DNA from: the human T2T-CHM13v2.0 reference genome, Homo sapiens
Reading direction: 5' to 3' (one strand)
Length of the DNA stretch: 64,000 nt
Assembly: GCF_009914755.1 (NCBI RefSeq)
Contig: NC_060941.1
This document shows, in pieces, positions 28,070 through 41,300 of this stretch (position 1 is its first letter; each line of letters begins with the position of its first letter). Position numbers and translations under genes: made by a program. The notes beneath the pieces were generated by a model that saw only the letters and a list, made by a program, of their open reading frames with translations, was not told the origin of the DNA and did no database searches.

Positions 28070-31000
28070 GACTCGAAAGCAATGGTCTCGAATGTTATTT
28101 ATTCGAATGGAAAGGAATCGAATGGAATGCAATAGTATGGAATGGAATCTAATGGAATGGAATTGAATGGAATGGACCGGAATGGAAAGGAGTGGAATAA
28201 AACGGACTCGAATATAATGGATTACAATGTAATTGATTTGAATGGAATAGAATCGAATGAAATGAAATGGAAAAGAATGGAATGGAATGGAAAGGAATAG
28301 AATGGAATGGAATCGGATGGAACGAAATGGAATGGAATGGTGTCGAATGGAATAGAATTGAAAGGAATGGCATCAAATGGAATGAAATGGAATGGAATGG
28401 ACTCAAATGAAATGGACTCGAATGTAATAGAATAGAATGGAATGGCATTGAATGGAATGGAATGGAACCAAATGTAATGGACGTGAATGGAATGGAATCT
28501 AATAGAATGGACTCGAAATAAATGGTCTCCAATGGAATATATTCGTGTAGAATGGAATAGAATGGAATGCAATAGTATGGAATGGAATTGAATGGAATGG
28601 AACCGAATGGAACGGACCGGAATGGAATGGACTGGAATAGAATGGACTCGAATGTAATGGATTGCAAATTAATAGATTTGAATGGAATGGAATCGAAAGG
28701 AATGTAATCAAATGGAATGGAATGGAATGCAATGGAATGGAATAGAATGGAATGCAACGAAATGGAATAGAATGGAATTCAATGGAAAAAACGCATTGGA
28801 ATGGGGAGAAATGGAATCGAAATGAATGGAATAGAAAGGAATGGAATCGAATGGAATGGACTGGAATGTAATGGACACCAATGGAATGGACTGGAACAAA
28901 ATTGAATAAAACGAATTGGAATAGAACCATAAGGAATGGAATGGAATGGAATGGTATGGAGTAGAATGGAGCGGAGTCGAATGGAATGGAAATGAAAGCA
29001 GTGGAATTGAATGGAATCAAAAGGATTAGAACAGAATGGAGTGAAAAGGAAAGATATCGAATGTAATGGAATGGAATAGAATGGACTCGAATGGACTGGA
29101 CTGGAATGGAAAGGACTCAAATGGAATGGACTGGAGTGGAATGGACTCGAATGGAATGGAAATGAAAGGAATGGAATGGAATGAAATCAGATGGAAAAGA
29201 ATGGAATGGAATGGAGTCGAATGGAATAGAATCGAATGCAATGGCATCAAATGGAATGGAATCGAATGGAAGGGACTTGAATGGAATAGAATCGAATGGA
29301 ATGGCATCGAATGGAATGGAATGGAATGGAATGGACCCAAAAGAAGTGTACTCGAATAGAATGGACTCAAATAGAATGGACTCAAGAGGAATGGTTTCGA
29401 ATGGAATTTATTCGAACAGAATGGAATCGAATGGAATTCAATAGTATGGAATGGAATCGAATGGAATGGAATCGAATGGAATGGACAGGAATTGAATGGA
29501 CTGGAATAGAGCAGACACAAATGTAATGGATTGCAATGTAATTGATTCGAGTGGAATGGAATCGAATGGAATGTAATCAAATGGAATGGAATGGAATGCA
29601 ATGGAATGGAATAGAATGGAATGGAATATAGTGGAATGCAATGGAATGGAACGAAGTGGAATCGAATGGAATGGAATAGAAGGAAATGGAATCCAATGGA
29701 ATGGAATCGAATGGAATGGACTGAAATGGAATGGACTGAAATGTAATGGACTGGAACAGATTGGAATCGAAAGGATTGTAATCAAACGGAACAGAATGGA
29801 ATGGAATGGAAGAGAATGGACTCGAAGGGAACGGAGTCAAATGGAATGGAATTGAATGGAATGGAATTGAATGGAATTGAAAGGAATAGAATGGAATGCA
29901 GTGTCATGGAAAGATATCGAATGGAATGGACTCGAATCGAAGGGACTGGAATGGAGTGGACTCGAATAGAATGCATTGGAGTGGAATGGACTCAAATGGA
30001 ATGGAAACGAATGTAATGTAATGTAATGTAATGTAATGTAATGTAATGTAATGGAATAGAATGGAATGAAATCGGATGGAAAGGAATGGAAAAGAATGGA
30101 ATCGAAGGGAATAGAGTGGAATGGAATGGAATGGAATGGAATCAGATGGAATGGAGTGGAAAAGAATGGACTTGAAAGGAATAGAACAGAATGGAATGGC
30201 ATCGAATGGAATGGAATGGAATGGACTCGATTGGAATGGAGTCGAGTGGAATGGAATAGAATGGATTGGAATCGAATAGAAAGGAATTGAATGGAATTGA
30301 AAGGAATAGAATGGAATGGAGTGTAATGGAAAGATATCGTATGGAATGGAATGCAATGGACTCCAAGGGAATGGACTGGAATGGATCGGACTTGTAAGGA
30401 AAGGACTGGAATGGAATGGACTCACATGGAATGGAAACGAATGCAATGGAATGAAATGGAATGGAATGGAATGGAATAGAATGGAATCGAGTCGGATGGA
30501 ATGGAATGGATTGGAATGGAGTAGAATGGAATAAATTCGAATGCAAACGCATTGAATGGAATGGAATGGACTAAATTGGAATGGACTCGAATGGAATACA
30601 GTGGAATGGAATGGCATGGCATCAAATGGAATGGATTGGAAAGGAACCAAATGTAATGGACTTGAAAGGAATGGACTCAACTAGAACGGACTCGAAAGCA
30701 ATGGTCTCAGATCGAATTTATTCGAATAGAACGGAATCGAATGAATGCAATAGTGGGGAATGGAATTGAAAGGTATGGAATCGAATGGAATGGATCGGAA
30801 TGGAATGGACTGGAATGCAAAGGACTGGAATGTCATGGATTGCAACGTAATTGATTTGAATGTAATTGAATTGAAAGGAAAGTAATCAAATGGAATGGAA
30901 TGGAATGCAATGGAATGGAAAAGAATGAAATGCAGTGAAATGGAATGGAGTGGAATTGAGTGGAATGGAATCGAATGGAATGGACTAGAATGGAATGGAC

Positions 31001-33250
31001 TCGAATGGAATGGACTGGAAAAAATGGCATCGTACGGAATGGAACAGAATGGAATGGAGTGGAATGGAGTGGAATGGAATGGAATGGACTCGAATGGAAT
31101 GGAGTCGAACGGAATGGAATCGAATGGAATGGAATCGAACGGAAAGGAATTGAATGGAATTGAAAGGAATAGAATGGAATGGAGTGTAATGGAAAGATAT
31201 CGAATGGAATGGAAAGGAATGGAATGGACTCGAATGGAATGGACTGGAACGGAATGGACTCGAATGGAATGGACTGGAGTGGAATGGACTCGAATCGAAT
31301 GGAAACAAATGGAATGGAAAGAATAGGAATGGAATGGAACGGAAATGAATAGAATGGAATGCAAGTGTATGGAACGGAATGGAATGGAGTCGAATGGAAT
31401 AGAATCAAATGGAATGGCATGGAATGGAATGGAATGAAATGGAATAGAATGGAATGGAATGAAATGGACTCGAATGGAATTGAATTGAATGGAATGGCAT
31501 TGAATGGAATGGAAAGGAATGGAACGGAATGGAAAGGAATAGAATGGAATGGAATATGATGGAACGGAGTGGAATGGAATGGAGTCGAATGGAAAAGAAT
31601 CCATTGGAATGACATCGAATGGAATGGAATGGACTCGAATGGAATGGACTTGAATGGAATAGAATTGAATGGAATCGCATCGAATGGAATGGAATGGAAT
31701 GGTTTGAAATGGATTGGACTCCAATGCAATGCACTCGAATGGAATAGATTCGAATAGAAAGGCATCGAATGGAATGGATATGAATGTTATGGAATGGACC
31801 CAAACGTAATGGACTCGAAGGAAATGCACTCAAACAGAATGGAATCAAAAGGAATGGTCTCGAATGGAATTTATTTGAATAGAATGGAATCGAATCGAAT
31901 GCAATACTATGGAATGGAATTGAATGGAATGGAATCGAATGGAATGGACCAGAATGGAATGGACTGGAATAGAACGGACAGGAATGCAATGGATTGCAAT
32001 GTAATAGATTCAAATGCAATGGAATCGAATGGAATGTAATTGAATAGAATGGAATGGAATGCAATGAAATGGAATAGAATGGAATGCCATGGAATGGAAC
32101 AGAGTGGAATCGAGTGCAGTGGAATCGAATGGAATGGAATCGATTGGAATGGAATGGAATGGAATGGACTGGAATGGAATGAACTGGAACAAAATGGAAT
32201 CAAACGGATTGGAATCGAACGAAACGGAATGGAATGGCCTCGAATAGAATGGAGTCGAATGGAATGGAATCAAATGGAATGGAATCGAATGGAATGGAAT
32301 TGAAAGGAATTGAAAGGAATAGAATAAAATGGAGTGTAATGGAAAGATATCAAATGCAATGGAATGGAATGGAATCCAATGGAATGGACTGGAATGGAAT
32401 GTATTCGATTGGAATGGACTGGAGTGCAATGTACTCGAATGGAATGTTAACGAATGGAATGGAATGGAATGGAAATGAACAGAATGGAATGGAATCGGAT
32501 GGAACGGAATGGAATGGAGTGGAGTCGAATGGAATAGAATCGAATGGAATGGCATCGAATAGAATTGAATGGAATGGACTAGAAAGGAATGGACTCGAAG
32601 GGAATAGAATAGAATGGAATTGCATCAAATGGAATGGAATGGAATGGATTGGAATGGAATGGAATGGACCCAAATGTAATGGACTCATATGGAATGGACT
32701 CAAATAGAATTGCCTTGGAAGGAATGGTCTCGAATGGAATTTATTCCAATGGAATGGAATCGAATGTAATGCAATAATAGGGAATGGAATCGAATGGAAT
32801 GGAATTGAATGGAAAGGACCGGAATGGAACGGACTGAAATAGAATGGACTCGAATGTAATGGATTTCATTGTAATAGATTCGAATGGAATGGATCCTATG
32901 GAATGTAATCAAATGGAATTGAATGGAATGCAATGGAATGGAACAGAATGGAATGCAATGGAATGGAACAGAATGGAATGCAATGGAATGGAACAGAGTG
33001 GAATTGAGAGGAATGGAATCGAATGGAATGGACTGGAATGGAATGGACTGGAATGAAATGGATGGGAACAAAATGGAATCGAACGGAATGTAATGTAATG
33101 TAATGGAATGGAATGCAATGCAATGGAATGGACTCGAATGGAATGGAGTCGAATGGAATGGAAATGATTGGAATGGAATTCAATGGAATCAAAATGAATA
33201 CAATGGAATGGAGAGTAATGGAAAGATATCCAATGGAATGGAATGGACTC
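28070..33250 (+). repeat. Copy 1 of a ~5.2-kb, six-subunit dispersed duplication (paralog 52180-57340)
   Basis: Colinear rare variants at ~24.1 kb offset: GGTCTCCA (28524/52628), AAGGATTAGAACAG (29021/53129), ATATCGTATG (30334/54445), CTCACATGG (30421/54532), TGTCATGGATTGC (30831/55003), ATCCATTGGAATGACATCG (31599/55697), CTCCAATGCAATGCACTCG (31719/55817), TTATTCCAAT..GCAATAATAGGG (32741/56864), AAAATGAATA (33191/57269). Confidence 0.9.
30011..30050 (+). repeat. (ATGTA)8 pure variant-pentamer microsatellite
   Basis: Eight consecutive ATGTA units in register with the flanking ATGGA units. Confidence 0.95.
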
Positions 33251-36200
33251 AAAGGGAATGGACTGGAATGAAACGGACTCGAATGGAATGGACTGGAGTG
33301 GAATGGATTGGAATGGAATGGAAACTAATGGAATGGAATGGAATGGAATGGAAAGAATAGAATTGAATGGAATCGGATGGAACGGAATGGTATGGAATGG
33401 AGTTGACTGGAATAGATTCGAATGGAATGTTATTGAATGGAATGGAATGCACTCAAATGGAATGGAAACAAATGGAATGCAATAGAATGAAATGGAAAGG
33501 AATAGAATGGAATGGAATCGGATGGAATGGAATGGAGTTGAATGGAATAGAATCAAATGGAACGGCATCATTTCGAATGGAATGGAATGGAATGGACTCG
33601 AATGGAATAGAATTGAATGGAATTGCTTCGAATGGAATGGAATGGAATGGACCCAAATGTAATGGACTCAAATGGAATGAACTCAAATAGAATGCACTAG
33701 AAAGGAAGGGTCTCGAATGGAATTTATTCAAATAGAATGCAATCGAATGGAATGCAAAAGTATGGCATGGAATTGAATGGAACGGAATCATATGGAATGG
33801 ACCGGAATGGAATGGACTGAAATAGAACGGACTCGGATGTAATGGATTGCAATGTAATTTATTCGAATGGAATGGAATAGAATGGAATATAATCAAATGG
33901 AATGGAGTGGAATGCAATGGAATGGAATAGAATGGAATGCAATGGAATGGAACGGAGTTTAATTGAGTGGAATAGAATCAAATGAAATGGAATCGAATGG
34001 AATGGAATTGAAAGGAATGTAAAGGAATGGAATGGACTCCAATGGAATGGAATGGAACAAAATGGAATCGAACGGATTGATATAGAAAGGAACGGAATGG
34101 AATGGAAGAGAATGGACTCGAATGGAATGGAGTCGAATGGAATGGAACTGAATCTAATGCAATTGAATGGAGTCAAAAGGAATAGAATGGAATGCAGTGT
34201 AATGAAAACATATCAAATGGAATGGAATGGAATGGACTCGAATGGAATGGACTGGAATGGAGGGGAATCGAATGGAATGGACTGGAGTGGAATGGACTCG
34301 AATGGAATGGAAACAAATAGAATGTAATGGAAAGGAATAGAATGGAATGGAATCGGATGGAACGGAATGGAATTGAATGGAGTCCAATGGAATAAAATCG
34401 AATGGAATGGCATCGAATTTAATGGAATGGAATGGAATGGACTCGAATGGAATTGACTCGAATGGAATAGAATAGAATGGAATGGCATCAAATGGAATGG
34501 AATGGAAAGGAATGGAATGGAATGGACCAAAATGTAATGGACTCGAATGGAATGGACTCAAATAGAATGGACTCGAAAGGAATGGTCTGGAATGGAATTT
34601 ATTCGAACAGAATGGAATTCAATGGAAAGCAATAGTATGGAATGGAATTGAATGGCATGGAATCGAATGGAATGGACTGGAATGGATTGGACTGGGATAG
34701 AACGGACTCGAATGTAATGGATTGCAATGTAATAGAATCAAATGGAATGGGATCGAACAGAATGTAATCAAATGTAACAGAATCGAATGCCATGGAATGG
34801 AATAGAATGGAACACAATGGAATGGAATAGAATGGAATGCAATGGAATGGAATGGAGTGGAATCGAGTGGAATGGAATCAAATGGAACGGAATGGAATGG
34901 AATGGAATGGACTCGAATGGAATGGACTGGAACAAACTGGAATTGAACGGATTGGAATCTAACGGAGCGGAATGGAATGGAATGGAATGGAATGGACTCG
35001 ATTGGAATGGAACCGAATGGAATGGAATCGAATAGAATGGAATTGAATGGAATTGAAAAAAATAGAATGGAATGGAGTGTACTGGAAAGAAATCCAATGG
35101 AATGGAATGGTCTCGAATGGAATGGACTAGAATGGAATTGACACCGATGGAATGGACTGGAGTGGAATGGACAGGAATGGAATAAAAACGAATGGAATGG
35201 TATGGAATAGATTGGAGTGGAAGAGAGTGGAATGGAATCTGACGGAATTGAATGGAATGGAATGGAGTCGAATGGAATGGAATCGAGTGGAATGGCATCG
35301 AATGGAATAGACTCGAATGGAAAGGACTCCCATGGAATGGACTCGAATGGAATAGAATGGAATTGAATGGCTTCGAATGAAATGGAACGGAGTGGAATGG
35401 AATGGAATGGACTCGAATGGAATGGACTCGAATGGAATAGAATGGAATGGAATGGCATCGAATGGAATGGAATGGAAAGGACCCAAATGTAATGGAATCG
35501 AATGGAATGGACTCAAATAGAATGGACTCGATAGAATGGTCTCGAATGGAATTTATTTGAATTGAATGCAATCGAATGGAATGCAACAGTATGGAATGGA
35601 ATTGAATGGAATGGAGTCAAATGGAATGGACTCGAATGCAATTGAGTGGAATGGCCTGGACTCCAATGGATTGGACTGGAGTGGATTGGACTCGAATGGA
35701 ATGGAAACGAATTGAATGGACGGGAATGCAATGGAATGGAATTGAAAGTAATAGAATGGAATGGAATCAGATAGAATGGAATGGAAGGGAATGGAGTCGA
35801 ATGCAATATAATCAAATTGAATGGCATCGAATGGTATGGAATGGAACGGACTCGAATGGATTGGACTCAAATGGAATGGCATCGAATGGAATGGAACGGA
35901 ATGGAAGGGAATGGAATGGAATGGACCCAAATGTAAAGAACTTGAATCGAATGGACTCAAATAGCATGGACTCAAAAGCAATGGTCTTGAGTGGAATTTA
36001 TTCAAATAGAATGGATTCGAATGGAATGCAATAGTATGGAATGGAATCGAATGGAATGGAGCAGAATGGAATAGACTGGAATAGAAAGGACTCGAATGTA
36101 ATGTATTGCAACGTTATTGATTTGAATGGAATGTAATCAAAAGTAATGTAAACAAATGGAACGGAGTAGAAGGCAATTGAATGGAGTAGAAAGGAATGCA

Positions 36201-38260
36201 ATGGAATGGAGTGTAGTGGAATCGAGTGGAAGGGAATCGAATGGAATGGAATTGAATGGAATGAACTGGAATGGAATGGACAGGAATGGAATGGACTGGA
36301 AAAAAATGGAATCGAATGGATTGGAATCGAAAAGAATGCAATGGAATGGAGTGGACTGGAATCGAATGCAATGGAGTAGAATGGAATGGAACCGAATGGA
36401 ATGGAATCGAATGGAATGGAATTGAATGGAATGGAAAGGAACAGAATGGAAAGGAGTGTAATGGAAAGATATCGAATGGAATGGAATGGAATGGACTCGA
36501 ATGGAATGAACTGGAAAGGAATGGACTTGAAAGGAATGGACTGTAGTGGAATGGACTCGAAAGGAATGGAATGGAAAGGAAAGGAATGGAATGGAATGGA
36601 AAGGAAAGGAATAGAATGGAATGGAATTGGATGGAACGGAAAGGCATGGATTGGAGTCAATTGGAATAGAATCGAATGGAATGGCATTGAATGGAATGGA
36701 ATGGAATGTACTTGAATGGAATGGAATCGAGCGGAATAGAAGAGAAGGGAATGGCATCGAATGGAATGGAATGGAATGGAATGAAATGCACCCAAATGTA
36801 ATGGACTCGAATGGAATATACTCAAATAGAATGGACTCAAAAGGAATGGTGTCAAACGGAATTTATTCGAATAGAATGTATTTGAACGGAATGCAATAGC
36901 ATGGAATGGAATCGAATGGAATGGATTTAAATGGAATTGACCGGAATGGAATGGACTGGAATAGAACGGACTCGAATAAAATGGTTTGCAATGTAAATGA
37001 TTTGAATGTAATGGATTCAAATGGAATGTAATCAAATGGAATGGAATGGTATGCAATGAAATGGAATAGAATGGAATGCAATAAAATGGAACAAATGGAA
37101 TAAAGTGGAATGGAATAGAATGGAATGGAATCGAATGGAATGGAATCGAATGGAACGGACTGGAATGGAATGGACTCGAATGGAATGGATTGGAACAAAA
37201 TGGAATTGAACAGATTGGAATTGATGGAATGGAATGGAATGGAATCGAATGGAATGGAATTGAATGAAATCAAAAGGAAAAGAATGCTATGGAGTGTAAT
37301 GGAAAGATATTGAATGGAATGGAATAGAATGGAATGGACTCGAATGGAATGGAGTCGAATGGAATGGAATAAAACGGAATGGAATCGAATGGAATGGATT
37401 TGAATAGACTCGAAAGGAATAGAATGGAATGGAGTTTAATGGAAAGATATCAAATGGAAAGGAATGGAATGCAATGGACTCGAATGGAATAGAAAGCACT
37501 GGAATGGACCCGAATGGAATGGAAAGGAATGGAATGGAATGGAAAGTAATAAAATGGAATGGAGTCAGATGGAACGGAATGGAATGGAATGGAGTCGAAT
37601 GGAATAGAATCGAAAGGAATGGCATCATATGGAATGGAATGGAATGGACTCGAATGGAATAGAATCGAATAGAATGGTATGGAATGGAATGGAATGGAAT
37701 GGACACAAATGTAAAGTACTCGAATGGAATGGACTCAAATAGAATGGACTCGAAAGAAATGGTTGGAAATGGAATCTATTAGAATAGAACGGAATCGAAT
37801 GGAAAGTAATAGTATGGAATGTAATCAAATGGAATGGAATAGATTGGAATGGACTGGAATGGAATTTACTGGAATAGAATGGACACGAATGTAGTGGATT
37901 GCAATGTAATTGATTCTAATGGAATGGAATCGAATGCAATGGAATCGAATGGAATGGACGGGAATGGAATGGACTTGAATAGAACGGACTCGAATGTAAT
38001 GTATTCCGATGTATTTGATTCGAATGGAATGGAGTCAAATGGAATTTAGTCAAATGGAATGGAATGCAATGGATTGGAGTGGAATGGACAGGAATGGAAT
38101 GGCCTCGAATGGAATGGACATGAATGGAATGGCATCGAGTGGAATGGAATGGAATGGAACGGAACGGAATGGAATGGATTGGAATGGACCCAAATGTAAT
38201 GCTCTCGAATGGAATGGACTCAAATAGAGTGGACTCGAAAGAAATGGTCTCGAATGGAAT

Positions 38261-38300
38261 CTATTCAACTAGAATGGAATCTATTCAACTAGAATGGAAT
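38261..38300 (+). repeat. 20-bp perfect tandem duplication of the subunit landmark
   Basis: CTATTCAACTAGAATGGAAT x2. Confidence 0.93.
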
Positions 38301-41300
38301 AGAAAGGAATACAATAGTATGGAAGGGAATCGAATGGAATGAAATCGAATGGAATGGACCAGAATGGAATGGACTGGAAAAGAACGGACTCTAATGAAAT
38401 GGATTGCAATGTAATTGATTTGAATGAATTGGAATCAAATGGAATGGAATCAAATGGAATGGACCAGAATGGAAAGGAGTGGAATACAATGGACTCGAAT
38501 GTAGTGGATTGCAATTTAATTGATTCGAAAGGAATGGAATCGGATGGAATTTAATCAAGTGGAATGGAATGGAATGCAATGGAATCAACTAAAATGGAAT
38601 GCAATGGAATGGAACAGATTGGAAACGACTGCAATGGAAACGAATGGAACGGAATCGAATGGAATGGAATCTAACGGTATGGACTGGAATGGAAAGGGCT
38701 CGAATGGAATGGAGTAGCATGGAATGGAATCGAATGGAACGGAATCAAATGGAATTTAATTGAATGTAAATGAAAGGAATATAGAGGAATGGAGTTTAAT
38801 GGAAAGATATCGAATGGAATGGAATGGAAAGGAATAGACTCGAATGGAATGGAATGGATTCGAATGCAATGGATTGGAGTAGAATGCACTCGAATGGAAT
38901 GGAAATGAATGGAATGGAAAGGAATGCAATGGAATGGAATCGGATGGAATGGAATGTAAAGGAATGGAGTCGAATGGAATAGAATAGAATGGAATGGCAT
39001 CAAAAGGAATGGAATGGAATGGACTCAAATGGAGTGGACTCGAATGGAATAGAATCGAATGGAATCGCATCGAATGGAATGGAATGGAACCCAGTGGAAT
39101 GGAATGGACCCGAATGTAACGGAATCGAGTGGAATGGACTAAAATAGAATGGACTCGAAAGAAATGGTCTGAAATGGAATCTATTCGAATAGAATGGAAT
39201 TGAATGGAATGCACTAGTATGGAACGGAATCAAATTGAATGGAATTGATTGGAATGGACTGGAATGGAATGGACTGGAATAGAAAGGACATGAATGTAGT
39301 GGATTGCAATGTAACTGATTAAAATGGAATGGAATAGAATGGAATGGAATCAAATGAAATGGACGGGAATGGAATGGACTTGAATAGAACGGACTCGAAT
39401 GTAATGTATTGCAATGTAATTGATTCGAATGGAATGGAATCGGATGGAATTTAATCAAATGGAATGGAATGGAATGCAATGGACTGGAATAGAATGGAAT
39501 GCAATGGAATGGAATGGACTGGAATCGAGTGGAATGGAATTGAATGGAATGGAAGCGAATGCAATGGAATCAAATGGAATGGATTGGAATGGAATGGACT
39601 CAAATGGAATGGACTAGAATAAAAAGGAATCGAACGGATTGGAATCGAACGGAATGGAATGGAATGGAATGGAATGCACTCGAATGGAATGGAATCAAAT
39701 GGAATTGAATAGATTGTAATGGAATCAAATGGAATGGAATTGAATGGAAACGAAAGGAATTGAATGGAAACGAAAGGAATAGAATGGAATGGAGTGTAAA
39801 AGACAGATATCATATGGAATGGAATGGAATGGACTCGAATGGAATGGACTGGAATGGAATGGTCTCGAATTGAATGGACAGGAGTGGAATGGACTCAAAT
39901 GGAAAGGAAACGAATGGAATGGAATGGAATGCAATGGAATGGAAAGGAATAGAATGGAATGGAATCGGATGGAATGGAATGGAAGGGAATGGAGACGAAT
40001 GGAATGGAATCGAACGGAATGGCTTCGAATCGAATGGAATGGACTCGAATGGAATGGATTCGAATGGAATAGAATCAAATGGAATGGTATTGAATGGAAT
40101 CGAATGGAAAGGAATGGAATGGATTCAAATGTAATGGACTCGAATTTAAAGGACTCAAATAGAATGGACTCGAAAGGAATGGTCAGGAATGGAATTTATT
40201 CGAACAGAATGGAATTGAATGGAAAGCAATAGTATGGAATGGAATCGAATGGAATGGAATAGAAATGGAATTGACCGGAATGGAATGGAGTGGAATAGAA
40301 AGGACTTGAATGCAATGGATTGCAATGTAATAGATTCAAATGGAATGGGATCGAATGGAATGTAATCAAATGCAATAGAATCAAATGCCATGGAATGCAA
40401 TAGAATGGAACACAATGCAATGGAATAGAAGGGAATGCACTGGAATGGAACGGAGTGGAATCGAGTGGAGTGGAATCGAGTGGAATGGAATCGAATGGAA
40501 TGGAATCAAATGTAATAGAATCGAATGGAATGGACTGGAATGGGATGGTCTCGAATGGAATGGACTGGAACAAAATGGAATCAAACGGATAGGAATGGAA
40601 TGGAATGGAATGGAATGGACTCGAATGGAATGGAGTCGAAAGGAATTGAATAGAACGTAATGGAATCAAATGGAATGGAATTGAATGGAGACGAAAGGAA
40701 TAGAATGGAATGGAGTGTAATGGACAGATATCGTATGGAATGAAAGGGAATGGACTCGAATGGAATGGTCTGGAGTGGAATGGACTGGAACAGAATGGAC
40801 AGAAGTCGAATGGACTCGAATGGAATGGAAACAAATGGAATGGAATGGAATGGAATGGAATGCAAAGGAATAGAAGGCAATGGAAACAGATATAACGAAA
40901 TGGAGTGGAATGGAGTGGAATTGGAATAGAATCCAATGGAATGGCATCAAGTGGAATGGAATGGAATGGAATGGAATGGATTCGAAAGGAATGGAATGGA
41001 ATGGATTCGAATGGAATGGACTTGAATGGAATAGAATGGAATGGAATGGCATTGAATGGAATGGAACGGAATGGAATGGATCCAAATGTAATGGACTCGA
41101 ATGGAATGGAAACGAATAGAATGGACTCGAAAGAAATGGCCTCGAATGGAATTTATTCGAATAGAATGGAATCGAATGGAATGAAATAGTATGGAATGGA
41201 ATAGAATGGAATGGAATGGAATGGAATGCACCAGAATGGAATGGACTGGAAGAAAACGGACTCGAATGTAATGGATTGCAATGTAATCGATTCGAATGGA

